Source: an uncultured euryarchaeote
GTDB lineage: Archaea > Thermoplasmatota > Poseidoniia > Poseidoniales > Poseidoniaceae
Direction of reading: 5' to 3'
Length of the DNA: 64,000 nt
Assembly (NCBI GenBank): GCA_937899865.1
Contig: CALBRH010000051.1
Coordinates: 1 to 64,000, forward strand
In this document: positions 39,567 through 49,254 of the stretch, piece by piece
Position numbering within the stretch: the first letter of the stretch is position 1
How the letters are laid out: every line of letters begins with the position of its first letter
Position numbers and translations under genes: made by a program
Notes under the pieces: generated by a model
What the model was told of the DNA's origin: nothing
Database searches by the model: none
Seen by the model: only the letters and a program-made list of their open reading frames with translations

Positions 39567-40061
39567 CTATATATCAAAAATAACATTGCCTACCCATGCA
39601 GGACCAATTAATTCAGGAATAGAATCATCATCAGATCTATATGATTCTCCATCAGATAATTCAGTAATCATTAATTCATGTGATGTTACTGCTTTGATTT
39701 CTAAATTCCTATTGACGCTATCAGAATCTATCCACGATACTTGAACTTCACAAGTCAATCTTCCTTCTAATTCTTTTATCATACATTGAGCATCAACAAG
39801 AAATTTGTTTTCTACTTCCAATTTATACAGCACTTCCTCAAGCCAAACCAAAATTAGTGATTCATAATCATTTGTAGATGAATTAACTTCAACATTCCAT
39901 TGAGCAGTATGCCTTGTAAATGTGTGCAATATTTTTGCCTGTTCTTCTGGAATTAGTAAATTCAACATTCCGAGAGATATTTCTTTGAACAAATTGGGAA
40001 GTGAATTTGAGAATCCACATATTCCAATATCAGCCTTAGTCTCTAGAGTCCAAAAACTCAT
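39567..40061 (-). CDS. Archease (RtcB activator); start moved to 40061
   Basis: TKADIG (HTAD-like), WLEEVLY, IKAVTSH, terminal VIFDI. Confidence 0.88.
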   Translation of the reverse strand: MSFWTLETKADIGICGFSNSLPNLFKEISLGMLNLLIPEEQAKILHTFTRHTAQWNVEVNSSTNDYESLILVWLEEVLYKLEVENKFLVDAQCMIKELEGRLTCEVQVSWIDSDSVNRNLEIKAVTSHELMITELSDGESYRSDDDSIPELIGPAWVGNVIFDI

Positions 40062-40068
40062 AATGATA

Positions 40069-41130
40069 TCATCTCTTTGAAACTTGAAGATTCCAAGCAA
40101 TCTCACCAACACGGTGAATCAACATCTCCTTACTCAATGAAAAAGAATCTGTTGCCTCTGCACTAAGGATGCATTCACACGCAGCATTGGTCAACAAGGC
40201 AGTATCAGAAACACTGAATTCGTTGGATATAGATACTGCAATTGCTACAACTGCCGCATCAATTAATCCAATCACTTGTCTTAATTCAGGTAAGGTACAT
40301 GGAACATGAACAGTATCTTCTAATTGAGAATATATAGTAACTCCATCACCACCTGCTAGGACTACGAGATGTTTCCAACCATAGGATTGAATTAGTGATT
40401 CAGCAGCAACAGAATCATCATTTTCTCCTATTCTACGTTTCATTAGTTCAAAACCTCTAGATTGAAAAATTATCCAATCCACTTCATGTGTTCTATGAAG
40501 TCCAGTTAACTTTGGATCAGCAATTATTGGAATATCATTTTTCTTCGCATGTTTAGTTATTCTTTCTACTCCTGAATCACAAACCACTCCTTGGCCATAA
40601 TCAGAAAAAATAACACAATCTACATCATTAAGGTTAGTTATTGCTTGTTCATAGATTGCTTCAAGGGCTGATTCAGATATTGGTTCATCTTCTTCCACAT
40701 CCCATCTAAGTAACAATTGTTCACCTTGAATTAGGCTTTCACGACTAGCGAGCATTCTAGTTTTCACAGTAGTTATTCTGTCTTCAATAATAGCAATGCC
40801 AGAGGTTTCAACATTTTTATCTTCAAGATATTGAATAATTTTTGCGCCGGCTTTATCATCGCCAACCACACCGAATATTTTGCCATTATATCCCATTGAC
40901 TGAAGTCCACGAGCAACATGTGCAGCTGCCCCTACATCTTCTTCTCTGTGAGTTTCTCTAAGTACTGGAACAGGTGCTCTTGAGTTCAAATTATTTGCAT
41001 AACCATGGATGTAGCAATCCAACATAATATCACCGATTAACACGATATTGCCAAAATCATCTTGATTTAATGTTTCAATAATAGAATTCAACTTATCATG
41101 TTGTTCAAGTTCTATATCGGTCATCCCCAT
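40069..41130 (-). CDS. PfkB/ribokinase-family protein, HldE/RfaE kinase-domain-like, with altered motifs
   Basis: IGDIMLDCY, RAPVPV, GAAAHVA, TTVKTR, SDYGQG, DPK; GAGD replaced by GLID. Confidence 0.8.
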   Translation of the reverse strand: MGMTDIELEQHDKLNSIIETLNQDDFGNIVLIGDIMLDCYIHGYANNLNSRAPVPVLRETHREEDVGAAAHVARGLQSMGYNGKIFGVVGDDKAGAKIIQYLEDKNVETSGIAIIEDRITTVKTRMLASRESLIQGEQLLLRWDVEEDEPISESALEAIYEQAITNLNDVDCVIFSDYGQGVVCDSGVERITKHAKKNDIPIIADPKLTGLHRTHEVDWIIFQSRGFELMKRRIGENDDSVAAESLIQSYGWKHLVVLAGGDGVTIYSQLEDTVHVPCTLPELRQVIGLIDAAVVAIAVSISNEFSVSDTALLTNAACECILSAEATDSFSLSKEMLIHRVGEIAWNLQVSKR

Positions 41131-41162
41131 ATTGTCCCCTCATTACATCGCAGTTGTTTAAA

Positions 41163-42122
41163 TCACTTTATGCTGTCGAGAATTTTTGCCAACAAGTTAG
41201 CATGCTGTTTGTCACTTATGCCAAGAGATTCTCTTAAGGTACCCAGCATTGCTTCCTCATCTTCAGTAATTATTCCATCTATTAATGCTGTTTCCAAAGT
41301 TTTGTAATAGGTATTCACATTTTCAGGGTATACTGGTTCTTTTTTAGCTAAGTTCAACAATTTTTCATGCACTTCATCTGAAATTCCATAGGCTCCTCTA
41401 AATGTGTCAAGTAATGTCAATTCATCATCTATCAATTGGTTATCAAATAATGCTTGACTAAGCATCTCAAGATAGATGTCTTCAGGTGGAGATATTTCTA
41501 TTGAATCACGAGCTTCTTCTGATAATCTTTTCACTCGTTCAGGATGCATTCCCAAAAATTCTACAACCCCTGATATCAACTGATGCTCGTCATGAGTTAT
41601 TATTCCATCTTCCCATGCACAAGCGAACATCAATCTAACTAAATCTTCACTTGATTGAGCATCCATTGATACCTTTCCAGAAGCCATAGAGATTGATGAT
41701 ATGATTGGCTTATCGTGGTAATGTAAATGTTCATCAATGTGAGACAAAATTTCAAGAATTCTTCTATTGTTCTTTGGTATTTCACGAATCTGTATAGATT
41801 TCCCCTCACAACTTACCATTGTTGCAAGAGTTTGATCGACGAGTAATTTGGCTCTTGTTCTTCCAGTAGTAGACAAGGAGTATACCTTTCTCCTTTGTTT
41901 TGCTCCAGGAACATGTCTGTTGCAAATAGTAATTTCTTTTGCCTTTTCAAGTCGCTTAAGTGTTCTTGGTACATGCTTTCGCTGTACATGAACGGCTGCA
42001 GAAATTCCAGCTTGAGTTAATGCAACAGGCGCTTCCCATTGATTAGTTGGTAATATATTGTCAAACAGGTGAATGAGCATTCTTTGCTCAGTAGTTAACT
42101 TACCCAGATAACCATCAACCAT
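41163..42122 (-). CDS. Hypothetical protein: N-terminal winged-helix, C-terminal TerB-like helical repeats; start moved to 42122
   Basis: LTQAGIS..VQRKHVPRTLKRLE..RRKVYSL.TTGR; three A..DG.I..DE..L repeats. Confidence 0.7.
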   Translation of the reverse strand: MVDGYLGKLTTEQRMLIHLFDNILPTNQWEAPVALTQAGISAAVHVQRKHVPRTLKRLEKAKEITICNRHVPGAKQRRKVYSLSTTGRTRAKLLVDQTLATMVSCEGKSIQIREIPKNNRRILEILSHIDEHLHYHDKPIISSISMASGKVSMDAQSSEDLVRLMFACAWEDGIITHDEHQLISGVVEFLGMHPERVKRLSEEARDSIEISPPEDIYLEMLSQALFDNQLIDDELTLLDTFRGAYGISDEVHEKLLNLAKKEPVYPENVNTYYKTLETALIDGIITEDEEAMLGTLRESLGISDKQHANLLAKILDSIK

Positions 42123-42185
42123 ATACGCACCAATTACCCGTTGTAGTAACAGCAAATAGAGTCAACGGTAATCCGTTTGTATAAT

Positions 42186-43301
42186 ATGCCAGTCATTCGA
42201 CCGATAAACATGGGCCGTCAGTCAAGAAAGTACAATCCACGTACACGTACTAAACGACCCATAGGATTGCAAATAGATACGGAACAATCACCCAACAAAC
42301 CTCATCCAATTCCATCAAAATTAGGAGATAGGTGGTTTTTACCTAATCCATTAGGCGCTAGATTAAACCAAAAAAGTGGTCTAGGGTTAAATGTTGAAAA
42401 TGGAATTTCACTTGAATCAATTGAAGTATTGTTTTGTCATTGGAATAGACATGTCCCATTAGAATCAAACTGGGTTGGTCATATTTTAGATGATGATAAA
42501 GACTTCATTGCTAAATCAGTAATTTTCGATGTTTCTAGATCAGGCGGAGAAATAGTAATACCAGTAGGAAACATTTCTAATTTCACTTATTCAAAACAAA
42601 CATTTGCATTAAAATGGTCAAGAAATAAGTCTCATTTTAATAGTAAACCAATATCACAGATGCGATGGTTTTGGGCATCAGAAAATGTTGACTGGGATGA
42701 ACTTAAAAATTGGGTTAATGAAGTAATTACCAGTGAATGTATCCCTGAAGTATTCGTTATTGATGATGAAATGGATATTACAATGTATCGTCTAAGTTAT
42801 GAAAATTTGCAAGGTAATCAAGAAGTTTGGGACGATTTGTCAGATACTCAAAAAAATACAATTGAATCAATGCTTTCACAGAGAAAAGTCACCAAATCTG
42901 GGTGTTTTATTGATGGCTTGGATAATTGGCCTTTGTCTTCAATTGGTGTTGAACATCTATCGGGTATTAATCTGCGTAATGAAGAAATTGAGTGGTTGCT
43001 GTCAAAATATCAAGCAAAAGAAAATAACATCTCACTATTTTCACATTTAGTTGATTCTGGTTGCATATTGCGTCCAGGTTTCAAATATGGTTGCAAATGG
43101 AGAGTTTATGATGACGATGTTGGAAAATCACATGCTCCATGGTTGCTACAACCACTTGATGAAGCACCAAATTCTTGGGAGCAAGTATGTTTAGCAGTTC
43201 GATTAGCTGAAGGCGTTCACAAAAAGTGGGTATGTGGATTGAATGAAGATAAGCAGTGGAAATACCTTAACATTGCACGATGGTTACCAGGCCGTGTTTA
43301 A
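42186..43301 (+). CDS. endA: tRNA-splicing endonuclease (two-unit, alpha2-like)
   Basis: Structural-unit strand VIDDEMDITMY; catalytic unit RPGFKYG (Tyr), SHAPW (His), RLAEGVHKK (Lys). Confidence 0.85.
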   Translation: MPVIRPINMGRQSRKYNPRTRTKRPIGLQIDTEQSPNKPHPIPSKLGDRWFLPNPLGARLNQKSGLGLNVENGISLESIEVLFCHWNRHVPLESNWVGHILDDDKDFIAKSVIFDVSRSGGEIVIPVGNISNFTYSKQTFALKWSRNKSHFNSKPISQMRWFWASENVDWDELKNWVNEVITSECIPEVFVIDDEMDITMYRLSYENLQGNQEVWDDLSDTQKNTIESMLSQRKVTKSGCFIDGLDNWPLSSIGVEHLSGINLRNEEIEWLLSKYQAKENNISLFSHLVDSGCILRPGFKYGCKWRVYDDDVGKSHAPWLLQPLDEAPNSWEQVCLAVRLAEGVHKKWVCGLNEDKQWKYLNIARWLPGRV

Positions 43302-45394
43302 TCATCGATTGGTCTGCCCCATGCATCGACTGGAACCTGTTCAAATGCTGTCTCAGTTACCGGATATTGTTTTGGTAATTCTTCATTGTCATTTTTTGTC
43401 GAATCCTTCATGGTCAAGAATATCCATAATGCTGCAAAAATACAAGCGAGACCAACCATTTGAGAAGGACTAACGTAATCATTTAATGATTTAGTTACAG
43501 AACTTTCAGCGGTAAGTACAACATCAATATTCCATTGATTGTCATTACTATCAGTAATTTCAATAACTCCATTAACGATCATGTTATTGGTTAACAATTC
43601 TTTAGGTTCAATTTCAATGATAAGATAATCATCTTCACCAGTTAGTCTCAAGGTTTGTTGACTATCGGCAATTCGTGACAATGGCCCATCAATTTTGTAC
43701 TGAAAGTTATGACTTCCACTACCTGTGGTATCTATTGGGATAGAAACTTCACTATTGCCATTAACTGGTATAGTGTTACTGAAACTGCTATCTTTAGGTA
43801 ATATCGATAGAGATAAAACCTCAATATCTAAGTCTACAACTTCATTTCCACATCCCAGTGTCCCAACAAGGCGAGTTTTTGAGTTATGTTGAGCGGCTGA
43901 ATTAAATCTAATTTCTAAGTCTGTTGTTTCACCAGCAATAAGTTGGTTAGCAGAAATGGAAACTAATCTACCATCGGTTGATGTCAGTTGATTATCTAAT
44001 ATACAAGTTACAGAAGATGTAGCACTAAATGGAATTGGTTCATTTAGTAAAGATGTTATTGAATAGTTAGGTAAGTCAACACTAAATTCAGAAACACATG
44101 AATCTGACTTGAATAAAATTTCAACTTGATTTTGTATTACTATTTCAGCATACCAATCAACTAGAATACCATCATGGTTGCGTATTTCTATCCCTTTACT
44201 ACCAAATGTCGTTCCATTAATGAAAATATCACTCGCTTGACCTTCATTAGAACCAGTTAACAATTCATCATTTCCATCAGCCTCAATTATCTTTAGATAT
44301 GGTCTCTTATTATTTACATTCAATTCATTATCATCATAACCACTTACTGTAGTATCTTGATAAGAAACTAATACTCCATTACCAGGTAATTCATCATCAA
44401 ATAAATTATCACCTCTATATTCTATCCAAACATACTCTCCTTCACTTATTGGGATTTTATAATCTAATTTTATTTTGTCAAGAGAAGAAAATATAATGCT
44501 ATTTGCAGAACAATGATCAGCCTCTTGAACCCAGTTAAAAATCACATTTTCATAGTTGTCAAGCCCTATGGTTTCTAGTGTTGAAGACATTGGTAGAGCA
44601 GGAGTTTTTCCATCATCATTCCAATTGCCACTGGCCATAATATCCCAATCTCCAACCCCTTTCCATACCGATGTTTGTTGACCATCTGAAGGATACAAAT
44701 CATAGGCTCCCATTTGATGTAACATCTCATGCATAGCTGTTCCAAATCCTTCCATTCCAGAACCCAAACTAGCCATGGCATAATGTCCAATAGACAAATC
44801 ATCGTCGAGTTCAATCAACTCTTCAAATGTAGTGAAATGTGACCATATTCTATTCGAGTTCCCACCAGTTTCTTGCCCAATTGTAGTATGCAAAATCAAT
44901 AATCTATCCACTATTCCATCATTGTTTAGATCATATTTCTCCCAGTCGACACTTTTCTTATTGGCAAGAACTACTTCTTCAGCTAGTTGCATTGGCAAAT
45001 GTGTGCCGTCATTTGAGGAATCTCTTTCCACACCATTATCAGCACCGTAATCTGCCAAATTACCAATTGCAGTAGTCATAACTGTATGAATATCGATATT
45101 CACTGTGACACTACCTCTGGAAAGTTCAGAAAAATATTCATTTGCATTAGGGATAAGCATTGATTCTGCTTCAGATATAGCAGTGTTTGGATTGGTATTT
45201 CTTCCATTAAAATCAACTATCAATACTGGCCAGTATTCATCATTTTGAATTGACAGAGTTTCAATATCATCATCTTGAACAATTATTGAATTACTTTTCA
45301 ACCATTCTTCAATAACAGAGTCATTAGTAAAGGAAAATATGGCTGCGGATAGCAGCAAAAAGATTAGTGGGAATCCTAACCATTTCCCCTTCAT
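43298..45394 (-). CDS. M6 family (immune inhibitor A-like) metalloprotease, membrane anchored
   Basis: N-terminal signal/TM, D.NNDGIVD, HEMLHQMGAYDLY, WDIMASG, C-terminal TM. Confidence 0.9.
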   Translation of the reverse strand: MKGKWLGFPLIFLLLSAAIFSFTNDSVIEEWLKSNSIIVQDDDIETLSIQNDEYWPVLIVDFNGRNTNPNTAISEAESMLIPNANEYFSELSRGSVTVNIDIHTVMTTAIGNLADYGADNGVERDSSNDGTHLPMQLAEEVVLANKKSVDWEKYDLNNDGIVDRLLILHTTIGQETGGNSNRIWSHFTTFEELIELDDDLSIGHYAMASLGSGMEGFGTAMHEMLHQMGAYDLYPSDGQQTSVWKGVGDWDIMASGNWNDDGKTPALPMSSTLETIGLDNYENVIFNWVQEADHCSANSIIFSSLDKIKLDYKIPISEGEYVWIEYRGDNLFDDELPGNGVLVSYQDTTVSGYDDNELNVNNKRPYLKIIEADGNDELLTGSNEGQASDIFINGTTFGSKGIEIRNHDGILVDWYAEIVIQNQVEILFKSDSCVSEFSVDLPNYSITSLLNEPIPFSATSSVTCILDNQLTSTDGRLVSISANQLIAGETTDLEIRFNSAAQHNSKTRLVGTLGCGNEVVDLDIEVLSLSILPKDSSFSNTIPVNGNSEVSIPIDTTGSGSHNFQYKIDGPLSRIADSQQTLRLTGEDDYLIIEIEPKELLTNNMIVNGVIEITDSNDNQWNIDVVLTAESSVTKSLNDYVSPSQMVGLACIFAALWIFLTMKDSTKNDNEELPKQYPVTETAFEQVPVDAWGRPIDD

Positions 45395-45430
45395 AGAGTT
45401 AGCAAGACTCCTTTATCTATCAAATGTTGG

Positions 45431-46438
45431 TTATTCTGCTAAATCTTGATACTGATTCAAAGTGATGTTTACATCTGGGGCAATATGTTCTAATCCTCGC
45501 CAAACTTTATCATTTTTACAGCAATGTATGGCTAAATTATTGGGTTTGTGTATAATGATTAATTTGAGCAAATCATCTTGAAGATTTTTGTCTTGACAGA
45601 TGTTTTTCATTACTAGATGATCATCAAATCCTGAACTCAAATCTTCTTCACAATTGCATGATATATTCAGTGTTGAAATTATGTCGCCTTGTGATGAAAA
45701 TACTTTCTCAATCTTGACATTATATTTAGGTGACTTTGTAGTCCATGGCCGGGAAAAGAACTCAATTAGACCTAGGGTAATTATTGTGATCAAAACTCCA
45801 TTACTTGTTCTCTCATAGTAAGACAATAAAGAGACTAATGCTATGAATCCATAGACTCTAATCCTCCACCAATTAGCGTTACTTGAATCGAGATTACCGG
45901 TTAATCCTGAAGAGATCATAATTGAACTGGAAATTATCACAAGTACTTGTATCCATAATATCATTGTGGCAAAATAAATTAATGAAATTGCATCATATTT
46001 TGTCACAAAACCATATTCAGTGTGGATATTATGACCTAATTGATAAAATAATGGGAGTACTTCAATGACAGTGATATAACTAACTATTAGGAATAATATT
46101 GGTGCCATCATTAATGTAATTTTGACCATTTTTCGCTCACTATTAGTCAGTCCAGGTTTTGAAAAAGTCCAAAATTGGAAATTCACTAAAGGCGTTATAG
46201 TGATAAATCCAAGAAAACCAGAAATTATCCATCGCAATTCTGACCATTTTTCAGGTTGGTATAAGTTTAGGCAATCTGCTGAACATGGATTAAAAATACT
46301 GACAAAGTATTCCAATACTACATCAATTTTCAATAGCCATGGTATAGATGATATAATCCAAATGAATAGTAAAATTCCAAATCTCGCAAATAATTCATTT
46401 GTGTGAGTTGCTAAACGAGTATTTGAGTCACTACTCAA
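45431..46438 (-). CDS. tatC: Twin-arginine translocase TatC-like protein with Cys-rich C-terminal extension
   Basis: Six TM segments; P..NFQFWTFSKPGLTNSERK signature; about 95-aa extra tail. Confidence 0.8.
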   Translation of the reverse strand: MSSDSNTRLATHTNELFARFGILLFIWIISSIPWLLKIDVVLEYFVSIFNPCSADCLNLYQPEKWSELRWIISGFLGFITITPLVNFQFWTFSKPGLTNSERKMVKITLMMAPILFLIVSYITVIEVLPLFYQLGHNIHTEYGFVTKYDAISLIYFATMILWIQVLVIISSSIMISSGLTGNLDSSNANWWRIRVYGFIALVSLLSYYERTSNGVLITIITLGLIEFFSRPWTTKSPKYNVKIEKVFSSQGDIISTLNISCNCEEDLSSGFDDHLVMKNICQDKNLQDDLLKLIIIHKPNNLAIHCCKNDKVWRGLEHIAPDVNITLNQYQDLAE

Positions 46439-46459
46439 ATTGAGACTCAGGTGACCACC

Positions 46460-47410
46460 TCACACCAAATCGGTGTATTGCTTTGGCGCTCTTGCTTGTA
46501 CAACAGTACGATAAACACCAAATATTGCCCATAGCATTAACATTCCTGTAAGAAGTTTTATTCCCCATGATTGCGAAGAATCTACTGACCAAGCAAACAA
46601 CAAGATTGCAACAATTGATAAAATACCTCTTCGAACACCTTGTGGTACTGCAAGACTCATGTCCAAGTGTGGTGGACCTCCACCAAATCTCCTCTCATAG
46701 AACTCACCTTGAACAACTGCACCAATTATTATGATAGACAGAGTAGTCCAATAGAATAAGTTTCCATTATTGAAGAAATCTTCTGCAATACCTTCTTGTC
46801 TTTCTGCTTCTAAAGCAGCTGGATCTTCTTCTGCAACGAATAGTGAATCATAATCTCCTACACTAATCGTTCTTAGTTGCAAGTTGTCAGAATCGTCTTC
46901 AAAAGTTGTATCTGGAGCACTAATCGAGAATGACAAAATATTCCACAAATCTCCACCGTCAAATTCACCGTTTCCATTTACTGCATTTCCGACAAGTTGG
47001 AAAGAAACACTACCAATATCCGAATCAGGAGCAGTCCAAGATACTATCCAATTATTGCCAGGCTCAGATTGTGAAAGTGCTCCAGGTTCATCAGTTACAG
47101 TTTGTGAACCTTCTCCAGGAGTTAATGTACCAGAATTATAGTCCCACAATAGGTAACCACCGATCTCATTTGATGCATGCTGTAATGATATGGTGAAATC
47201 ATATGTTTCTCCTATCGAGTATGATCTAGGCACTCCTGAAATAGAGACAACAACTTCCGTAGAAGGTGCACCATCTCCATGGCATGTACAACCAGTATCA
47301 ATTACCATATCTGAACCATTTTTCCATGGTGGGCCGTTAGGATTTGCAATAACAGGGGCGACTAATAACAGAGCCAAAATCACGATAATAAGCCGCGGCT
47401 TCATAGTCAT
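46460..47410 (-). CDS. Secreted Reeler-like (choice-of-anchor V-like) domain protein with C-terminal TM segments; start moved to 47410
   Basis: Signal peptide, NPNGPP..GCTCHG, WTAP..G.V.F...GNAVNGNG..GD.WN; three C-terminal TM segments. Confidence 0.75.
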   Translation of the reverse strand: MTMKPRLIIVILALLLVAPVIANPNGPPWKNGSDMVIDTGCTCHGDGAPSTEVVVSISGVPRSYSIGETYDFTISLQHASNEIGGYLLWDYNSGTLTPGEGSQTVTDEPGALSQSEPGNNWIVSWTAPDSDIGSVSFQLVGNAVNGNGEFDGGDLWNILSFSISAPDTTFEDDSDNLQLRTISVGDYDSLFVAEEDPAALEAERQEGIAEDFFNNGNLFYWTTLSIIIIGAVVQGEFYERRFGGGPPHLDMSLAVPQGVRRGILSIVAILLFAWSVDSSQSWGIKLLTGMLMLWAIFGVYRTVVQARAPKQYTDLV

Positions 47411-47483
47411 CTCAGTCTCACCCAGTTTTTCGAAAAATTGCATACCTTTGAACATTACCTAATAATATTAAGAAAAGTTGTAA

Positions 47484-48941
47484 TCATGATTCTTTAATTG
47501 CATTATTCAATTCAGTCATCATCTTCTTTCCATCACCAAACATCATCATAGTTTTGTCCATGTAGAATAGGTCATTATCTACACCAGCATAACCAACCGA
47601 TAAAGAACGCTTGATAATGACAACTGTTCTTGCTTGATCAGCATCAATAATTGGCATTCCAGCAAGAGGTCCTTCACCACTTCTTGCTGCTGGATTAGTT
47701 GTATCATTGGCACCAATAACTAGAGCAACATCACAATCAGGGAATTCAGAATTAATTTCATCCATTTCTATAAGCTGTTCATATGGTACATTAGCCTCAG
47801 CTAAAAGCACATTCATATGACCTGGCATTCTACCAGCAACTGGATGTATTGCGTAGGAAACTTCAGTATCGTATTTTTCAGAAATTATATCTGCAAATTC
47901 CTTTACTTGGTGTTGGCACTGAGAAACAGCCATACCATATCCAGGAACTATGATCACCTTTTGTGCACCATCCAACATCATAGCAACCTCATCAGCATCA
48001 GAACCAACCTTGGTTCTTGTTAGAGATGCTTTCTCTCCGCTACCACCGAATGATTTGAAGAGAACATCTGGAAGAGTTCTATTCATTGCCTTGCACATGA
48101 TGAATGTTAAGATTAAGCCAGAGGCTCCAACAAGCGAACCAGCAACAATAAGAACGGAATTTCCAATAATAAAACCGGTAAAGGCAGCAGCAATTCCAGA
48201 TAAGGAATTCAGCAGAGATACTACAACAGGCATGTCAGCACCACCAATTGGTAATACCAAGATAATTCCAAGTAGACTTGAAATTCCAATGATTGCCCAT
48301 AGATAATCTGTGTTTCTAGGGTCATCAATGCTCAAGTAAATCAAAGTAAGAACAGTAAGCATTAGTATTACTTTTACCGGATTTAGCCAAGTTGGCCCCC
48401 AAGTAGGTGTATTGAGCCATTTCCTTCGTCCGCGTTCATCCTTTTTAGTGAACGGGATGTAAATGCCACCTTTTAGTTTAAACATAGCTAGCAATGAACC
48501 GGTTAGTGTCATCCAACCAACCAAAGCGGATAATCCCGCTGCAATCATAATGACTTGTATATCTAGTCCAGTTGGAAGTGCAAGGCTAGTGTCCTCTATG
48601 TATCTCCATGTTTCAGATAGTGCAACTAATGCAGATGCAGCTCCACCAAATCCATTGAACAATGCTACTAATTCAGGCATTCCAGTCATTTCTACCTTTA
48701 CAGCCATTACATATCCTATTAGTGAACCAATAAACAGTCCTGCAATAATTAGTGTCCATTGTGCTTCTGTATCTGCTAGTTGCATGTCAATTATTGTGGT
48801 AACTACAGCAACCAACATACCCATAGCACCCAATTGATTACCACGAGGAGCAGTTCTTGGATGGCCTAATTTTTTCAGACCGAAAATGAATAGTGCTGCA
48901 GCAATTAGATAACCAATAGAAGTCCATTCGCTAATCTCCAT
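47484..48941 (-). CDS. pntB: NAD(P) transhydrogenase beta subunit; start moved to 48941
   Basis: MPELVALFNGFGG, GGADMPVVVSLLNS, HPVAGRMPGHMNVLLAEA, GANDTTNPAA. Confidence 0.97.
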   Translation of the reverse strand: MEISEWTSIGYLIAAALFIFGLKKLGHPRTAPRGNQLGAMGMLVAVVTTIIDMQLADTEAQWTLIIAGLFIGSLIGYVMAVKVEMTGMPELVALFNGFGGAASALVALSETWRYIEDTSLALPTGLDIQVIMIAAGLSALVGWMTLTGSLLAMFKLKGGIYIPFTKKDERGRRKWLNTPTWGPTWLNPVKVILMLTVLTLIYLSIDDPRNTDYLWAIIGISSLLGIILVLPIGGADMPVVVSLLNSLSGIAAAFTGFIIGNSVLIVAGSLVGASGLILTFIMCKAMNRTLPDVLFKSFGGSGEKASLTRTKVGSDADEVAMMLDGAQKVIIVPGYGMAVSQCQHQVKEFADIISEKYDTEVSYAIHPVAGRMPGHMNVLLAEANVPYEQLIEMDEINSEFPDCDVALVIGANDTTNPAARSGEGPLAGMPIIDADQARTVVIIKRSLSVGYAGVDNDLFYMDKTMMMFGDGKKMMTELNNAIKES

Positions 48942-48942
48942 T

Positions 48943-49254
48943 TTAGGCACCTCCTTTCTTCTTTCCTGCGATCATATTGAGCATACGATTTGTAACAGCA
49001 AAACCACCTACAACGTTAATCATTGCTAACACAACAGCTACAAATGCCAGTAAACCTGAAACCATTGTATCGCCGCCCTCAAATGCAACATTTGCACCAA
49101 TTAATGCGCCAACAATACTTATTCCTGAAATAGCATTTGCTCCACTCATTAGTGGTGTATGCAAAGTTGCTGGTACTTTTGTTATCAATTCGAATCCCAA
49201 AAAGATAGATAGCACAAATAGAGTTATACTCCCAATTAATAGTTCGGGTGTCAT
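48943..49254 (-). CDS. pntA: NAD(P) transhydrogenase alpha subunit, membrane part (PntA2)
   Basis: KVPATLHTPLMSGANAISG, NVVGGFAVTNRML. Confidence 0.96.
   Translation of the reverse strand: MTPELLIGSITLFVLSIFLGFELITKVPATLHTPLMSGANAISGISIVGALIGANVAFEGGDTMVSGLLAFVAVVLAMINVVGGFAVTNRMLNMIAGKKKGGA
48948..48955 (-). promoter_or_regulatory. Shine-Dalgarno motif for pntB inside the end of the upstream gene
   Basis: AGGAGGTG 6 nt before the ATG. Confidence 0.75.

Noticed and set aside
42186-43301. EndA as a novel three-unit (epsilon2-like) enzyme because of its length
   Set aside because: Only one structural-unit strand and one catalytic unit are visible, consistent with an ordinary two-unit alpha2 architecture plus a basic N-terminal extension
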